Notes under the pieces: generated by a model
Told to the model about the DNA's origin: nothing
The model's input: the letters and a program-made list of their open reading frames with translations, nothing else
Database searches by the model: none
Assembly (NCBI GenBank): GCA_949286405.1
Contig: CASECH010000157.1
Location: forward strand, 1-28,528
DNA: 28,528 bases
Direction of reading: 5' to 3'
From: an uncultured bacterium
GTDB taxonomy: Bacteria; Cyanobacteriota; Vampirovibrionia; Gastranaerophilales; Gastranaerophilaceae
Shown: positions 1 to 9,373 of the stretch, piece after piece
Layout: each line of letters begins with the position of its first letter
Numbering within the stretch: the first letter of the stretch is position 1
Program-made: the position numbers and the translations under genes

Positions 1-1
1 A

Positions 2-136
2 TCATCTACAGTTGATGCTCTATTAACTCGTGTAATGGGCGGAAACCAAGTTAAAATTATTTCTTGGTATGATAACGAAATGGGTTACTCAACTCGTTTA
101 GCTGAAACTACTTTGATGGTTGCTGAAAAATTATAA
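2..136 (+). CDS. gap: Glyceraldehyde-3-phosphate dehydrogenase, 3' end (5'-partial)
   Basis: Frame 2 reads SSTVDALLTRVMGGNQVKIISWYDNEMGYSTRLAETTLMVAEKL*. WYDNExGYS is the conserved GAPDH C-terminal motif. Not in the ORF track. Confidence 0.9.
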   Translation, partial: SSTVDALLTRVMGGNQVKIISWYDNEMGYSTRLAETTLMVAEKL

Positions 137-162
137 TTAATCTTTTGGATTAAATAGTTTTG

Positions 163-194
163 GATAGCCTCTTAATAAAGAGGCTATCTTTTTT
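163..194 (+). terminator. Rho-independent terminator after gap
   Basis: Perfect 10-bp stem GATAGCCTCT/AGAGGCTATC, 6-nt loop, followed by T6. Confidence 0.9.
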
Positions 195-261
195 ATTCTA
201 CTTTTGTCGAATTTATTTTTATTTGTAGTGCGGCACAATATATTTGATAGGAGGGAATATT

Positions 262-465
262 ATGCAAGCAGTAAAAATAATTACTTATATTTTGGTGTTA
301 GTTGGAGCCTTAAACTGGGGCTTGGTAGGCGGTTTTAATATTGATTTAGTCGCATTAATTTTTGGTGATATGACATTACTATCAAGAATAGTTTATATTC
401 TTGTTGGTTTGAGTGCTATCATTTATGCTATTGCATCTTATAGGGATGTATTTTATAGAGATTAG
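262..465 (+). CDS. DUF378-like small membrane protein
   Basis: LVLVGALNWGLVG...DLVALIFG...LSRIVYILVGLSA matches the DUF378 pattern. ATG at 262 follows AGGAGG (249-254), so it is preferred over the TTG at 244. Confidence 0.85.
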   Translation: MQAVKIITYILVLVGALNWGLVGGFNIDLVALIFGDMTLLSRIVYILVGLSAIIYAIASYRDVFYRD

Positions 466-3275
466 TTAATTAATTTTGAAAGATATTCTTTGTTAGCATC
501 CAAAGTATTTTTTGTTGCTAATATTGAATAGACAGGATGACCTGAGAAAATGTAGTTTGCGGCATTGAATATATCTTCTTGAGTTATGTTATCAATCATG
601 TCGAAATATTGGTTTTCTTTTGAAATTCCATATTGAGAGCATATTCCAGAGCCAAGAGATGATATCTTTCCGCTTATGCTTTCATTACTGCTTAGGATTT
701 CATTTTTAAGACTAAGTTTAGCATTTTCTAGTTCTTCTTTTGATACTTTGTTAGTTTTTAAGTCAGCTATGTGGCGTTTGAAGCCTTCTATGGATTTTTG
801 AACGTTGTCATAGCTGATTTCTCCGGTTTGATTATTTTCTGTTGTTGTTCCAATTTTGAGTTTTATTGTTCCGATATCATCTATACGAGAGTATTTGGAA
901 CGTACAGAGTATGCAAGTTTTTCTTGTTCTCTTAGGTTGTTGAATAATCTTGAAGATGGACCTCCTCCTAGAATTTTATTCAGAAGATCTAGGGTCACTG
1001 AATCTTTTAGATTACCATTTGTTTTGAATTTATAAGCCATAATTATATCGGCTTGGTTTTTAAAATCAGTATCTGTAAGGACTTTTGCTTTTTCGATTGG
1101 TTTATATGTATTAGGAATTTTAATTGGACTAAATTCTTTAAATTTAGGCATTGTATTTAATTCATAGAATAATATATTGTTAAGCTCCGGCTTTTTGTTC
1201 AGAGGTGCTGCGATTTCTACATCAACTTTTGAATTGTTCATAAGGTATGTATAAAGAGATTTGACTTCTTCTAATGTAATAGTTTTTAAATCTTCTAAAA
1301 TTTCTTCTTTTGAATAGTTGTATGGAAGATTTTTAAATAATTCATCATCTAATTTATCATTAGCTCTTTTTTCAGCTGTTTTAAGATTGTCTATAATTAA
1401 ATTTTTTACATAATCAAAAGACTCTTGCGTAAATCTAGGGCTGTACATGATTTCTTTTAAGGATTTTAGACCGATTGCAAGGTCTTCTGTCCCACAATTT
1501 AATGACAATGACATTGAGGCTTTTGTTGCATTCCCATCAAGTTTGATTCCTGATTTAGCCATGTCAAAATCGAATTGTTCTTGGGATTTGTTTGCAGTAC
1601 CTTCATTTAGCAAACCACTTAAAATTAATGTTGAAGAAGGACGAGCATTGGCATAGTCGTCACAGTTTAAATTTATATCAAGATATATGTTGTCAGTTTT
1701 TGTATTATTTGTAATTACTTGTATGTTATTTGGTAGTTTGTACATTTTTACATTGGAAAGATTTAGAGGTTGTTTTTTGTTCCCCATAAATGATATATGT
1801 TGAGCCTTTTCGTGATTTGTTTGGATATCTTTTTCACTAACTGCTTGTGGGTGGATAACTGTTAGTGCTGTTTTATTTAAATCCAGATATTTTTTTGCTG
1901 TATTTGAAATATCTTCTGGGGTAATTGAGTTTACTATATTTTCAAAATTGTTTATATAGTCAGTGTTGTTTTCAAGTAATGATGTGCCTATTATATTATT
2001 TATTGCAAAAGAGTATTCAAAAGATTTTCTAAAATTATCTATCATATTTTTTTTGACAATTTGTAATTCATCTTTTGTTGGTGGAATATTTGATATTTTA
2101 GTTATTTCATTGTATATTGCTTTGATTGCTTTTTCTGAATTCTCGTCAGAGCATTCTGCAGAAAGTAATATTGCTATTCCTTCTGATGGATTTGAGCTGA
2201 TTTTTTCATTGTCAATCCAAGCACTCGTGTTTAGAGGTTTTAGCACTTTATTAATTCGTGGAATTGATGGCAGTGTTAAAGTCTTTGCAAGTGCTTGTAT
2301 TAGTATTCTATCTTTTGCGTTATTACTTTGTGGACCATTAAATCCCATAATTATATTTGTAGCTGTTGCTTTATCAGAGATTATATCTTCCCTTTTAGTT
2401 GATTGGATTGGTTTTAATTCTTCGAAATGCCTGTTATTCGATGGAGTTTTTGGGGAAGTAAAGTATTTTGATATAAGTTTGATTGTTTCATCCGGGTTTA
2501 CTTCTCCAGATATCACTGTTACCATATTGGCTGGGTAGTAGTTATTATTGAAGTAGTTTACGACATCTTCTCTAGTTAAATTGGTTATATTATCGGTTGA
2601 ACCTCCAATTAAATCAGTAGAAGTTGATTTAATATTATACAAGTTTTTTATAGTTTTATTAACTGCAAGATTTTCAGGATCAGAAAGTATCATATTAATC
2701 TCTGAGTTTACAATACCTTTTTCTTTTTCGAGTTTTTCAACTGCAAATAAAGGGGTTTCAAGCATTGAAGCATGGAGTTTAATCTTATTTTCTAAATCAG
2801 TAGGGTTCAGCAGGTTTGAACTAATGTAGTAATTTGTTTCTGCAAAACCTGTACTAGCATTGGTTTCTGCCCCCATTTTATCTACTTCTTTGAAAAACTG
2901 ACCTTCTTCAAGTCCGTTTGAACCGTTAAATAAGTTATGTTCAATATAGTGACTTATACCTCTGAGTTTGTCTGGCTCATTCATTGAGCCTGTATTTACG
3001 TAAGTTCTAAGTACAGTTTCTCCTTCTTTTGGAACAATAACTACTTTTTGCCCATTTGCCAGTTTATAGCAGTGAGCTTTTATATCGTAAGGAAAACTAA
3101 TTTCACCTGTTTTGTTGTAGCTAAGAGGAACTTTTACAGAATAATCTTGTGTTGCAATAGGCAACATTGTTTTTTGTCCCGTTTCGGGGGTAGTTGTTTG
3201 GTTCTTTTGAATATTATTCGTTTGTTTATATTTGTTGATATTTTTTATGAAAATTGGATTAATATTATTAAGCAT
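462..3275 (-). CDS. M16 (pitrilysin/insulinase) family zinc metallopeptidase, two fused modules
   Basis: Inverted zincin motif HYIEH in GISHYIEHNLFNGS, then NASTG and EKEKGIVNSE. The second module (YKLPNN..., LGGGPSSRLFNNLREQEKLAYSV) lacks HxxEH. GGAG SD upstream. Confidence 0.9.
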   Translation of the reverse strand: MLNNINPIFIKNINKYKQTNNIQKNQTTTPETGQKTMLPIATQDYSVKVPLSYNKTGEISFPYDIKAHCYKLANGQKVVIVPKEGETVLRTYVNTGSMNEPDKLRGISHYIEHNLFNGSNGLEEGQFFKEVDKMGAETNASTGFAETNYYISSNLLNPTDLENKIKLHASMLETPLFAVEKLEKEKGIVNSEINMILSDPENLAVNKTIKNLYNIKSTSTDLIGGSTDNITNLTREDVVNYFNNNYYPANMVTVISGEVNPDETIKLISKYFTSPKTPSNNRHFEELKPIQSTKREDIISDKATATNIIMGFNGPQSNNAKDRILIQALAKTLTLPSIPRINKVLKPLNTSAWIDNEKISSNPSEGIAILLSAECSDENSEKAIKAIYNEITKISNIPPTKDELQIVKKNMIDNFRKSFEYSFAINNIIGTSLLENNTDYINNFENIVNSITPEDISNTAKKYLDLNKTALTVIHPQAVSEKDIQTNHEKAQHISFMGNKKQPLNLSNVKMYKLPNNIQVITNNTKTDNIYLDINLNCDDYANARPSSTLILSGLLNEGTANKSQEQFDFDMAKSGIKLDGNATKASMSLSLNCGTEDLAIGLKSLKEIMYSPRFTQESFDYVKNLIIDNLKTAEKRANDKLDDELFKNLPYNYSKEEILEDLKTITLEEVKSLYTYLMNNSKVDVEIAAPLNKKPELNNILFYELNTMPKFKEFSPIKIPNTYKPIEKAKVLTDTDFKNQADIIMAYKFKTNGNLKDSVTLDLLNKILGGGPSSRLFNNLREQEKLAYSVRSKYSRIDDIGTIKLKIGTTTENNQTGEISYDNVQKSIEGFKRHIADLKTNKVSKEELENAKLSLKNEILSSNESISGKISSLGSGICSQYGISKENQYFDMIDNITQEDIFNAANYIFSGHPVYSILATKNTLDANKEYLSKLIN

Positions 3276-3347
3276 AGTTCTCCATCTACCTACATATTAA
3301 TAAAAACATGAGGAAGAAAAAAATTGCTTTTTTTTTGTTGTAAATAA

Positions 3348-4625
3348 TTATTTTTTGAAAATAGTTTGTTCTCGATCCGGTCCAACGCTTACTATTGAAA
3401 TTGGAACTTCGAGAATTGCTTCAAGTCTTTCCAAGTATTTTTTACAATTTTCTGGAAGCATTGAGTATTCTCTAACTTCTGAAATATCTTCGTTCCAACC
3501 TTTAAATGTTTCATAAACAGGTTCAAGATATTTATGAATAAATACATTTGTTGGATAGTGAGTATAAATTTTACCATCTCTTATATCTTTATATGCAATG
3601 CATACTTTAATTTCATCAAAATTATCAAATACATCAATTTTAGTTAAAGCGATAGAAGTAAGTCCTCCTACAAGTACAGAATATTTCATTGTAACAGCAT
3701 CAAACCATCCGCATCTGCGAGGACGACCGGTTGTTACACCAAATTCATGCCCTACTTCTCTTATTTTATCACCTATTTCATCAGTTAATTCTGTTACGAA
3801 AGGTCCTTCTCCAACTCTTGTTACGTATGCTTTAGCAACTCCTATAACTTCATCAATCATTGTTGGTCCATATCCACTGCCTGTAGCAGCCCCTCCTCCG
3901 ATGGGGTTGGAACTTGTAACATAAGGATATGTGCCATAGTCTATGTCTAGCATTACGCCTTGAGCTCCTTCAAATAAGATGTTTTTACCTTTTTTATTTT
4001 GATTTAGCATTTCTTGCCAGTCAAAACATACGTATGGTCTAAATATTTCAGCATATTTTTCACATAATGATTTAATTTCTTCTTTTGAATATGGTTTTAG
4101 CCCATATACATCTTTTAGCATTTTATTTTTTAGTGGGAGTATAATATCAATTTTTTCATTAAGTGCTTCCGGTGAATATAAATCTTCTATTTTAAATCCA
4201 ATTCTTGCTGCTTTATCAGTATAAGTTGGTCCTATTCCCTTTTTTGTTGTTCCGATTTTCCCTTTTTTAGCATTGTCTTCGCTATAGCCGTCTACTTCTG
4301 TATGATAAGGCATTGTAATTGAAGCAAGAGGGCTGACTTTTAATAAAGAAACATCAATACCATCTGATATCAGTCCTTGTACTTCTGCTTCAAAGGATTC
4401 TGGTAATATAACTGTGCCTGCCCCAATAAAGCATGTTTTGTCTCCGTATAAAATTCCTGACGGAATTAGGTGGAATTTGTAGGTTTTATTATCTACAACA
4501 ACCGTATGTCCTGCATTGCAACCGCCCTGATATCTTATAATTAAATCAGCTTCTTGAGCTAATAAATCAGTAATTTTTGCTTTACCTTCATCGCCCCATT
4601 GAGCACCAACTACTACTTTATTCAT
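3348..4625 (-). CDS. purA: Adenylosuccinate synthetase
   Basis: QWGDEGKAK, RYQGGCNAGHT, GTTKKGIGPTY, EGAQG, YPYVTSS, TTGRPRRCGW motifs. Start at ATG 4625 (MNKVVVGAQW) chosen on family N-terminus. Confidence 0.97.
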   Translation of the reverse strand: MNKVVVGAQWGDEGKAKITDLLAQEADLIIRYQGGCNAGHTVVVDNKTYKFHLIPSGILYGDKTCFIGAGTVILPESFEAEVQGLISDGIDVSLLKVSPLASITMPYHTEVDGYSEDNAKKGKIGTTKKGIGPTYTDKAARIGFKIEDLYSPEALNEKIDIILPLKNKMLKDVYGLKPYSKEEIKSLCEKYAEIFRPYVCFDWQEMLNQNKKGKNILFEGAQGVMLDIDYGTYPYVTSSNPIGGGAATGSGYGPTMIDEVIGVAKAYVTRVGEGPFVTELTDEIGDKIREVGHEFGVTTGRPRRCGWFDAVTMKYSVLVGGLTSIALTKIDVFDNFDEIKVCIAYKDIRDGKIYTHYPTNVFIHKYLEPVYETFKGWNEDISEVREYSMLPENCKKYLERLEAILEVPISIVSVGPDREQTIFKK

Positions 4626-4664
4626 ATCCCACAATCCTTTCATAAATTGGTCAATTACTTATGT

Positions 4665-4673
4665 ATTTTAACA
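4665..4673 (-). promoter_or_regulatory. Putative extended -10 promoter for purA
   Basis: Minus strand TGTTAAAAT (TGn-TAAAAT) about 40 nt upstream of the purA ATG. AT-rich background lowers specificity. Confidence 0.35.
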
Positions 4674-4711
4674 TAAAAAGAAGAAGTATTAAAATATAAA
4701 ACTTGTATATG

Positions 4712-5722
4712 TTAAAATTTATATTTTTTTTGTTTTAGAAGATTGGTTAATTTAGGTATAATATCAAAAGCATCTCCAACTATTCCGTAGTCACAATTTT
4801 CAAATATTGGAGCATTGGAATCTGAATTTATTGCTATTATTTTATCAGAATTGTTCATACCTACTATATGTTGAATAGCTCCTGAAATTCCACATGCTAT
4901 ATAGAGCTTTGGAGATACTGTTTTCCCTGTTTGACCTATTTGAATTTCTTGAGGGGCAATCCCTATATCCACTGCACCTCTGCTAGCAGCGACAGTTCCT
5001 CCGATTGCATTGGCGAAGTCTTTCAAAAGTTCAAAGCCTTCTTTAGATTTCATTCCTTTGCCTCCTGCAACAATTATATCTGAGCTGTCTAGGTCATTTA
5101 TGGTTGTTTGTGCTTTTTTTATTATATCTATCAGTTCTATTTGTGGATTAATAGAGCTAAGATTTACTTCTTTATAAATATATTGAGTCTCTTTTTTTAT
5201 TATATTTTCTAATGGTTTGAAAACTTTTGGTCTTACTGTTGCCATTTGAGGTTTGTTTTTGCAAATGATTGTTGCCATTAGCTGACCGCCAAATGTAGGT
5301 CTTGTCGCAGCTAAGAGGCCTTTTTCATTTATTTGCAATTCAATACAATCTGCAGTTAGACCAGTGTGTAGAGAAGAAGATATTCTCGGTGCGAGATCTC
5401 TACCTTGATTGGTTGCTCCAAGTAGAAATATTTCTGGTTGTATTTCCTCTATTATTGGAATTATTGTTTTTGAATAGTATTCCGTTGAATAGTGTCTGAA
5501 TTTTTCATTTTCTAGGACATAGACTTTATCCACTCCATTGTTTTCAAAGCCTTCTTTATACCCGTTAATTAGTCCTTGTGGGGTAAGCATTATTAATTCT
5601 ATTGATGGATTTTCAAGAGATTTTGAAAGCTCAATAGCTTTTTGTATAAGTTCAAATACTACAGTATGTATGTAAAAATCAGGAGTGATTTCTGCATATA
5701 TTAAAATAATATTTTTATTCAT
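4712..5722 (-). CDS. etfA: Electron transfer flavoprotein alpha subunit
   Basis: GRDLAPRISS.L.TGLTADC, RPTFGG, IIVAGGKG, QIGQTGKTVSPKLYIACGISGAIQH. Overlaps the etfB stop by 8 nt. Confidence 0.95.
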   Translation of the reverse strand: MNKNIILIYAEITPDFYIHTVVFELIQKAIELSKSLENPSIELIMLTPQGLINGYKEGFENNGVDKVYVLENEKFRHYSTEYYSKTIIPIIEEIQPEIFLLGATNQGRDLAPRISSSLHTGLTADCIELQINEKGLLAATRPTFGGQLMATIICKNKPQMATVRPKVFKPLENIIKKETQYIYKEVNLSSINPQIELIDIIKKAQTTINDLDSSDIIVAGGKGMKSKEGFELLKDFANAIGGTVAASRGAVDIGIAPQEIQIGQTGKTVSPKLYIACGISGAIQHIVGMNNSDKIIAINSDSNAPIFENCDYGIVGDAFDIIPKLTNLLKQKKYKF

Positions 5723-6500
5723 TATTCAAGACTCCACATTGACATATTTTTTCAAATAATTCATTGCAGTTTGTACAGATGAATTTTTCAGAACGTTTGT
5801 TTGGAGCTCTAAATGCTTTGCTCACGTAAGTTGGAGAACCTTTTATTCCAACATCGTCGCTATTTAGTTCGATGTCTGACATATTTAAAGTTTTAATAGA
5901 TGCTTTTTGTGCTTTTATTATACCGTTTATAAGAGGTCTAGTTGGCTCATTATCTTGCTGTAGCACACATACAAGTGCAGGAAATTTTATTTTTAGAATT
6001 TCTATACCATAATCACTTTCTTTTTTTACCGTAATTGATTCTTCATCACAATTTTCTATAGATTTTACATAGGTTACTTGAGGAATATCAAGTTTGCTCG
6101 CAATACTTGGGCCAGTTTGTGCTGTATCACCATCTACGGCAAATTGGCCGCAAATTATAAGATCAAAATCAGGTGAGAATTTTTTTATAGCCTGTGAAAT
6201 TGTTTTTGATGTTGCATAAGTGTCAGCTCCTGCAAATTTTTTATCAGATAGCAATATCCCATCGTCACATCCTATTGCTATAGCTTTTCTTAGCATTTCA
6301 TCAGCTTGAGGAGGCCCCATGGTTATCGCTATTATGTGCACATTATTACATTGCTTTTTGATATTTAAAGCAAATTCTAATGCATATACATCAAAAGGGT
6401 TGATGATACTTTCAACACCTTCCCTTTGAATTGTATTATGCTCTGTCCATTTGATATCTGTTGTATCAGGAACTTGTTTTATGCATACAAGAATTTTCAT
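5715..6500 (-). CDS. etfB: Electron transfer flavoprotein beta subunit
   Basis: MKILVCIKQVPDT, INPFDVYALE, TMGPPQA, FAGADTYATS, DGDTAQTGP. Confidence 0.95.
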   Translation of the reverse strand: MKILVCIKQVPDTTDIKWTEHNTIQREGVESIINPFDVYALEFALNIKKQCNNVHIIAITMGPPQADEMLRKAIAIGCDDGILLSDKKFAGADTYATSKTISQAIKKFSPDFDLIICGQFAVDGDTAQTGPSIASKLDIPQVTYVKSIENCDEESITVKKESDYGIEILKIKFPALVCVLQQDNEPTRPLINGIIKAQKASIKTLNMSDIELNSDDVGIKGSPTYVSKAFRAPNKRSEKFICTNCNELFEKICQCGVLNNE

Positions 6501-6502
6501 TT

Positions 6503-6685
6503 TTACCTTGATTGACTTGCTGCTCTTTGTCTTGCATTAGTTTCGATTAGTGCGTTATATGCAAGCATATACATAGAGCATTTTTTTACACTTGGCAAAT
6601 ACCAAGCGCAACTTTCTAAAGTACATACTTTGTCAATTTCTGAACCTGCACTCATTAGTGGACAGTAAGGTATATCTTTTGCCAT
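6503..6685 (-). CDS. Small Cys4 hypothetical protein (C-x12-C-x4-CAW-x7-C)
   Basis: 60-aa ORF with strong AAGGAG SD, 12 nt after the NfnA-like stop and 2 nt before etfB. No family recognised. Confidence 0.75.
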   Translation of the reverse strand: MAKDIPYCPLMSAGSEIDKVCTLESCAWYLPSVKKCSMYMLAYNALIETNARQRAASQSR

Positions 6686-6697
6686 TATAATCTCTCC

Positions 6698-7546
6698 TTA
6701 TTTACTTATAGCAGCTGCTTGTTTTAGTAAATTACAGTTTTCGTCCCTTTTTCTTTCTTGATCTTTGTATATCCTTGTTCTGTTTATTACTTCATCAAAG
6801 TCAATTTTATGGGCATCAAAGTCAGGACCGTCAACGCAGGCAAATTTTGTTTCTCCGCCTACAGTAACTCGGCAAGCTCCGCACATACCTGTGCCGTCTA
6901 CCATAATTGGGTTCATACTTGCTTCAGTATAAATGCCTTTATCTCGAGTTAAATTAGCCACTGCTCTCATCATTGGCATAGGTCCAACGGCTATTGCATA
7001 ATCAATTTTTTCTTGTCCCATTAATCTTTCTAGTACTTGAGTTACAAAGCCTTGTTCACCTAATGTGCCGTCATCTGTTGTTATAAATAATTCTGTGCAA
7101 GCATCTTTCATTTTTTCTTGCCAGAAAATAAGGTCTTTATTTCTTGCACCCATAATCATGTATACTTTATTGCCAGCTTCTTTAAATGCTTTTGCAATTA
7201 AATAGCAAGGAGCTGCACCATAACCACCAGCTAAACATACTACGGTTCCGTATTTTTTGATGTGGGTAGGTTGTCCTAGTGGGCCTACAATATCAGCAAT
7301 TTCATCACCAACATTTTTTGCTGCTAATTGTTTTGTAGAGTAACCTACTGCCATAAATACCAATGTCAAAGCTCCGGTTTCTTTATTTACGTCTGCTATG
7401 GTAAGAGGTACTCTTTCACTATTTTCATTAGCTCTGAATATGATAAACTGTCCTGCCTTTGCATTTCGTACAACATATGGTGCATCAATAGTAATTTCAT
7501 ATTGATTTGGACATAATTCTTTTTTAGATAAAATTTTATAACCCAT
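6698..7546 (-). CDS. NfnA/SudB-type FAD/NAD-binding [2Fe-2S] subunit (ferredoxin-NADP reductase small subunit-like)
   Basis: GQFIIFR...ERVPLTIAD, GPLGQP, GGYGAAP, AVGPMPMM, NPIMVDGTGMCGACRV...FACVDGPDFD (Asp + 3 Cys cluster motif). AAGGAG SD. Confidence 0.9.
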   Translation of the reverse strand: MGYKILSKKELCPNQYEITIDAPYVVRNAKAGQFIIFRANENSERVPLTIADVNKETGALTLVFMAVGYSTKQLAAKNVGDEIADIVGPLGQPTHIKKYGTVVCLAGGYGAAPCYLIAKAFKEAGNKVYMIMGARNKDLIFWQEKMKDACTELFITTDDGTLGEQGFVTQVLERLMGQEKIDYAIAVGPMPMMRAVANLTRDKGIYTEASMNPIMVDGTGMCGACRVTVGGETKFACVDGPDFDAHKIDFDEVINRTRIYKDQERKRDENCNLLKQAAAISK

Positions 7547-7571
7547 ATTAGTCTCCTTCTTATATGCTAGT

Positions 7572-7601
7572 ATTATACAATAAATTTTTTAATATAGGCA
7601 A
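7572..7601 (-). promoter_or_regulatory. Putative sigma70 promoter of the nfnA-etf operon
   Basis: Minus strand TTGCCT-18 nt-TATAAT just upstream of the SD. Confidence 0.5.
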
Positions 7602-7731
7602 GCTTTTTAAGGAATGTTATATAATTTTTCACAAGATTATAGTTGGTAAAGTGGATTCTAATTTTCGCTAAGGTATTTTTTTTTTTAAGTATGCATAATT
7701 GAAGCAGTATAGGATGTTTGAATTTATTAAT

Positions 7732-8289
7732 ATGAAAGAAAATTTAGATAATAAAAAAACAAATTATAGATCTTCTACTGATGATAAAAGCTTATTTTTT
7801 AAGCGTGTTGCTTGTAAGGCTTTGTGTTACAAGTATAATTCTATATCTCCTAATATGGTTGGGCTTAGAATTGAGTTATTACGTAAAATTTTAGGGAAAA
7901 CAAAGTCGTTATTTCTTATTGAACAACCTTTTATGTGTGATTACGGATGTAATATTTCTGTTGGAGAAAATTTTTATGCTAATCATAATCTTTTAATTTT
8001 AGATTCAGGGAAAGTGATTTTTGGAGATGATGTACTAGTAGGTCCAAATTGCTCTTTTTATACTACAAGTCATCCATTGGAACCAGAATTAAGAAAATTT
8101 GGATTAGAAGAATCTAAATCAATCGTGATTGGTAATAATGTCTGGATTTGTGGGAATGTTACTGTTTTACCCGGAGTTAAAATTGGTGATAATTCTGTAA
8201 TAGGGGCTTCAAGTGTTGTTTCTAAGGATATTCCTGCAAATGTGCTTGCGGTTGGAAGTCCTTGTAAGATAATAAAAAACTTGAAGTGA
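7732..8289 (+). CDS. Sugar (maltose/galactoside) O-acetyltransferase, hexapeptide-repeat family
   Basis: IEQPFMCDYGCNISVGENFYANHN, IGNNVWICGNVTVLPGVKIGDNSVIGASSVVSKDIPANVLAVGSPC. Start uncertain (7699 TTG, 7714 or 7732 ATG). Confidence 0.88.
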   Translation: MKENLDNKKTNYRSSTDDKSLFFKRVACKALCYKYNSISPNMVGLRIELLRKILGKTKSLFLIEQPFMCDYGCNISVGENFYANHNLLILDSGKVIFGDDVLVGPNCSFYTTSHPLEPELRKFGLEESKSIVIGNNVWICGNVTVLPGVKIGDNSVIGASSVVSKDIPANVLAVGSPCKIIKNLK

Positions 8290-8326
8290 TTTTTCTCTTC
8301 AAGTTTTTTAGTATGCACTTTATTCA

Positions 8327-9373
8327 TTACTTCTCAATTTTATATGTGTAGTCAGAATTTTGGGCTAACCTTTTTTCTATTTCATCAAAATTTAGAAGTC
8401 CTTCTGTTGCACCAAATTCTGAAACAACTCCTGCAGAATTGACTGAAGCATACATAAGAGCTTTCCCTATGTTTTTGTTAGTTCTGTCAAGTGCAACGCA
8501 GAATGTTGAGGCAAATGCATCTCCAGCTCCAAGCGTTGAAACTACAGGACTATTAAATACAGGACAGTAATAATAATCTTTACCATCGTATGCATATGCT
8601 CCATGACCACCATCTGTGATTACAATGATTTGGTAATCTCTGACTTTCAATTTTTGGAACATTTCTTTTATGTCAGGATGTATTAATTTATCAGAATATT
8701 TTTCATCTCTTGTATCTGGTCTTACTTGTATTTTAGTCGCAAGAGATGCTTCTTCTTTATTCATTACAACAATATTAGCGTTTTCAAGAATTTTTTTAAG
8801 GTAGTTAAATCCTTTTTTAATACTTGATGAGCCAGCGTTAAAGCATACAAATACGTTATTTTCTCTTGCAAAAGTTGCAATATCATCAAGTACTTTAGTA
8901 CTATCACCATTAAGTGGGGCTATGTATAACAGTTTAGAATTTTTTATAGCTTCAAAATTTATTTCGGATTTTTGTATCATAGCATTGGCTCCTCGGTGAG
9001 CAAGTACCGTTCTGTCTCCTTGAAAACTTACAAGAATTATTGAAAAGCCTGTGCTTATTTTTGGATCTTGAATAATATTAGATAAGTCAACTTTTTTATT
9101 TTTAAAAGCTTCCATTACTCCTGCTGAGTATATATCATCTCCTATTTTAAATATTGCACTCGTATTGTATCCAAGATTAGCGAAGTTCATTGCTGTATTT
9201 ACGCCGCCTCCACCGACTTTAGAGGCAAAATCGGTTATTTCAACTTTAGCTCCATATGGGTAGCTCATAAATTCTGATTTTTTATTTTTTGTATAAACTG
9301 ACACAATGTTAGCGTCGTCACTTTCGACAAACACATCCATTGTTGCACTTCCTATTGTTATAATATCGCACAT
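8327..9373 (-). CDS. PfkB/ribokinase-family carbohydrate kinase
   Basis: IGSATMDVF, GGGGVNTAMNFANLG, ITDGGHG, STLGAGDAFAS. ATG 9373 follows GGAGGGAG. Confidence 0.9.
   Translation of the reverse strand: MCDIITIGSATMDVFVESDDANIVSVYTKNKKSEFMSYPYGAKVEITDFASKVGGGGVNTAMNFANLGYNTSAIFKIGDDIYSAGVMEAFKNKKVDLSNIIQDPKISTGFSIILVSFQGDRTVLAHRGANAMIQKSEINFEAIKNSKLLYIAPLNGDSTKVLDDIATFARENNVFVCFNAGSSSIKKGFNYLKKILENANIVVMNKEEASLATKIQVRPDTRDEKYSDKLIHPDIKEMFQKLKVRDYQIIVITDGGHGAYAYDGKDYYYCPVFNSPVVSTLGAGDAFASTFCVALDRTNKNIGKALMYASVNSAGVVSEFGATEGLLNFDEIEKRLAQNSDYTYKIEK

Noticed and set aside
4577-4600. purA P-loop variant GDEGKAK instead of GDEGKGK
   Set aside because: It is a single conservative change with all other catalytic motifs intact. 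There is no evidence of altered function.
7699-8289. Oppositely oriented acetyltransferase as a horizontally acquired insert or resistance gene
   Set aside because: There are no flanking repeats or mobility genes, composition matches neighbours, and the sequence fits the sugar O-acetyltransferase family rather than Vat/CatB.
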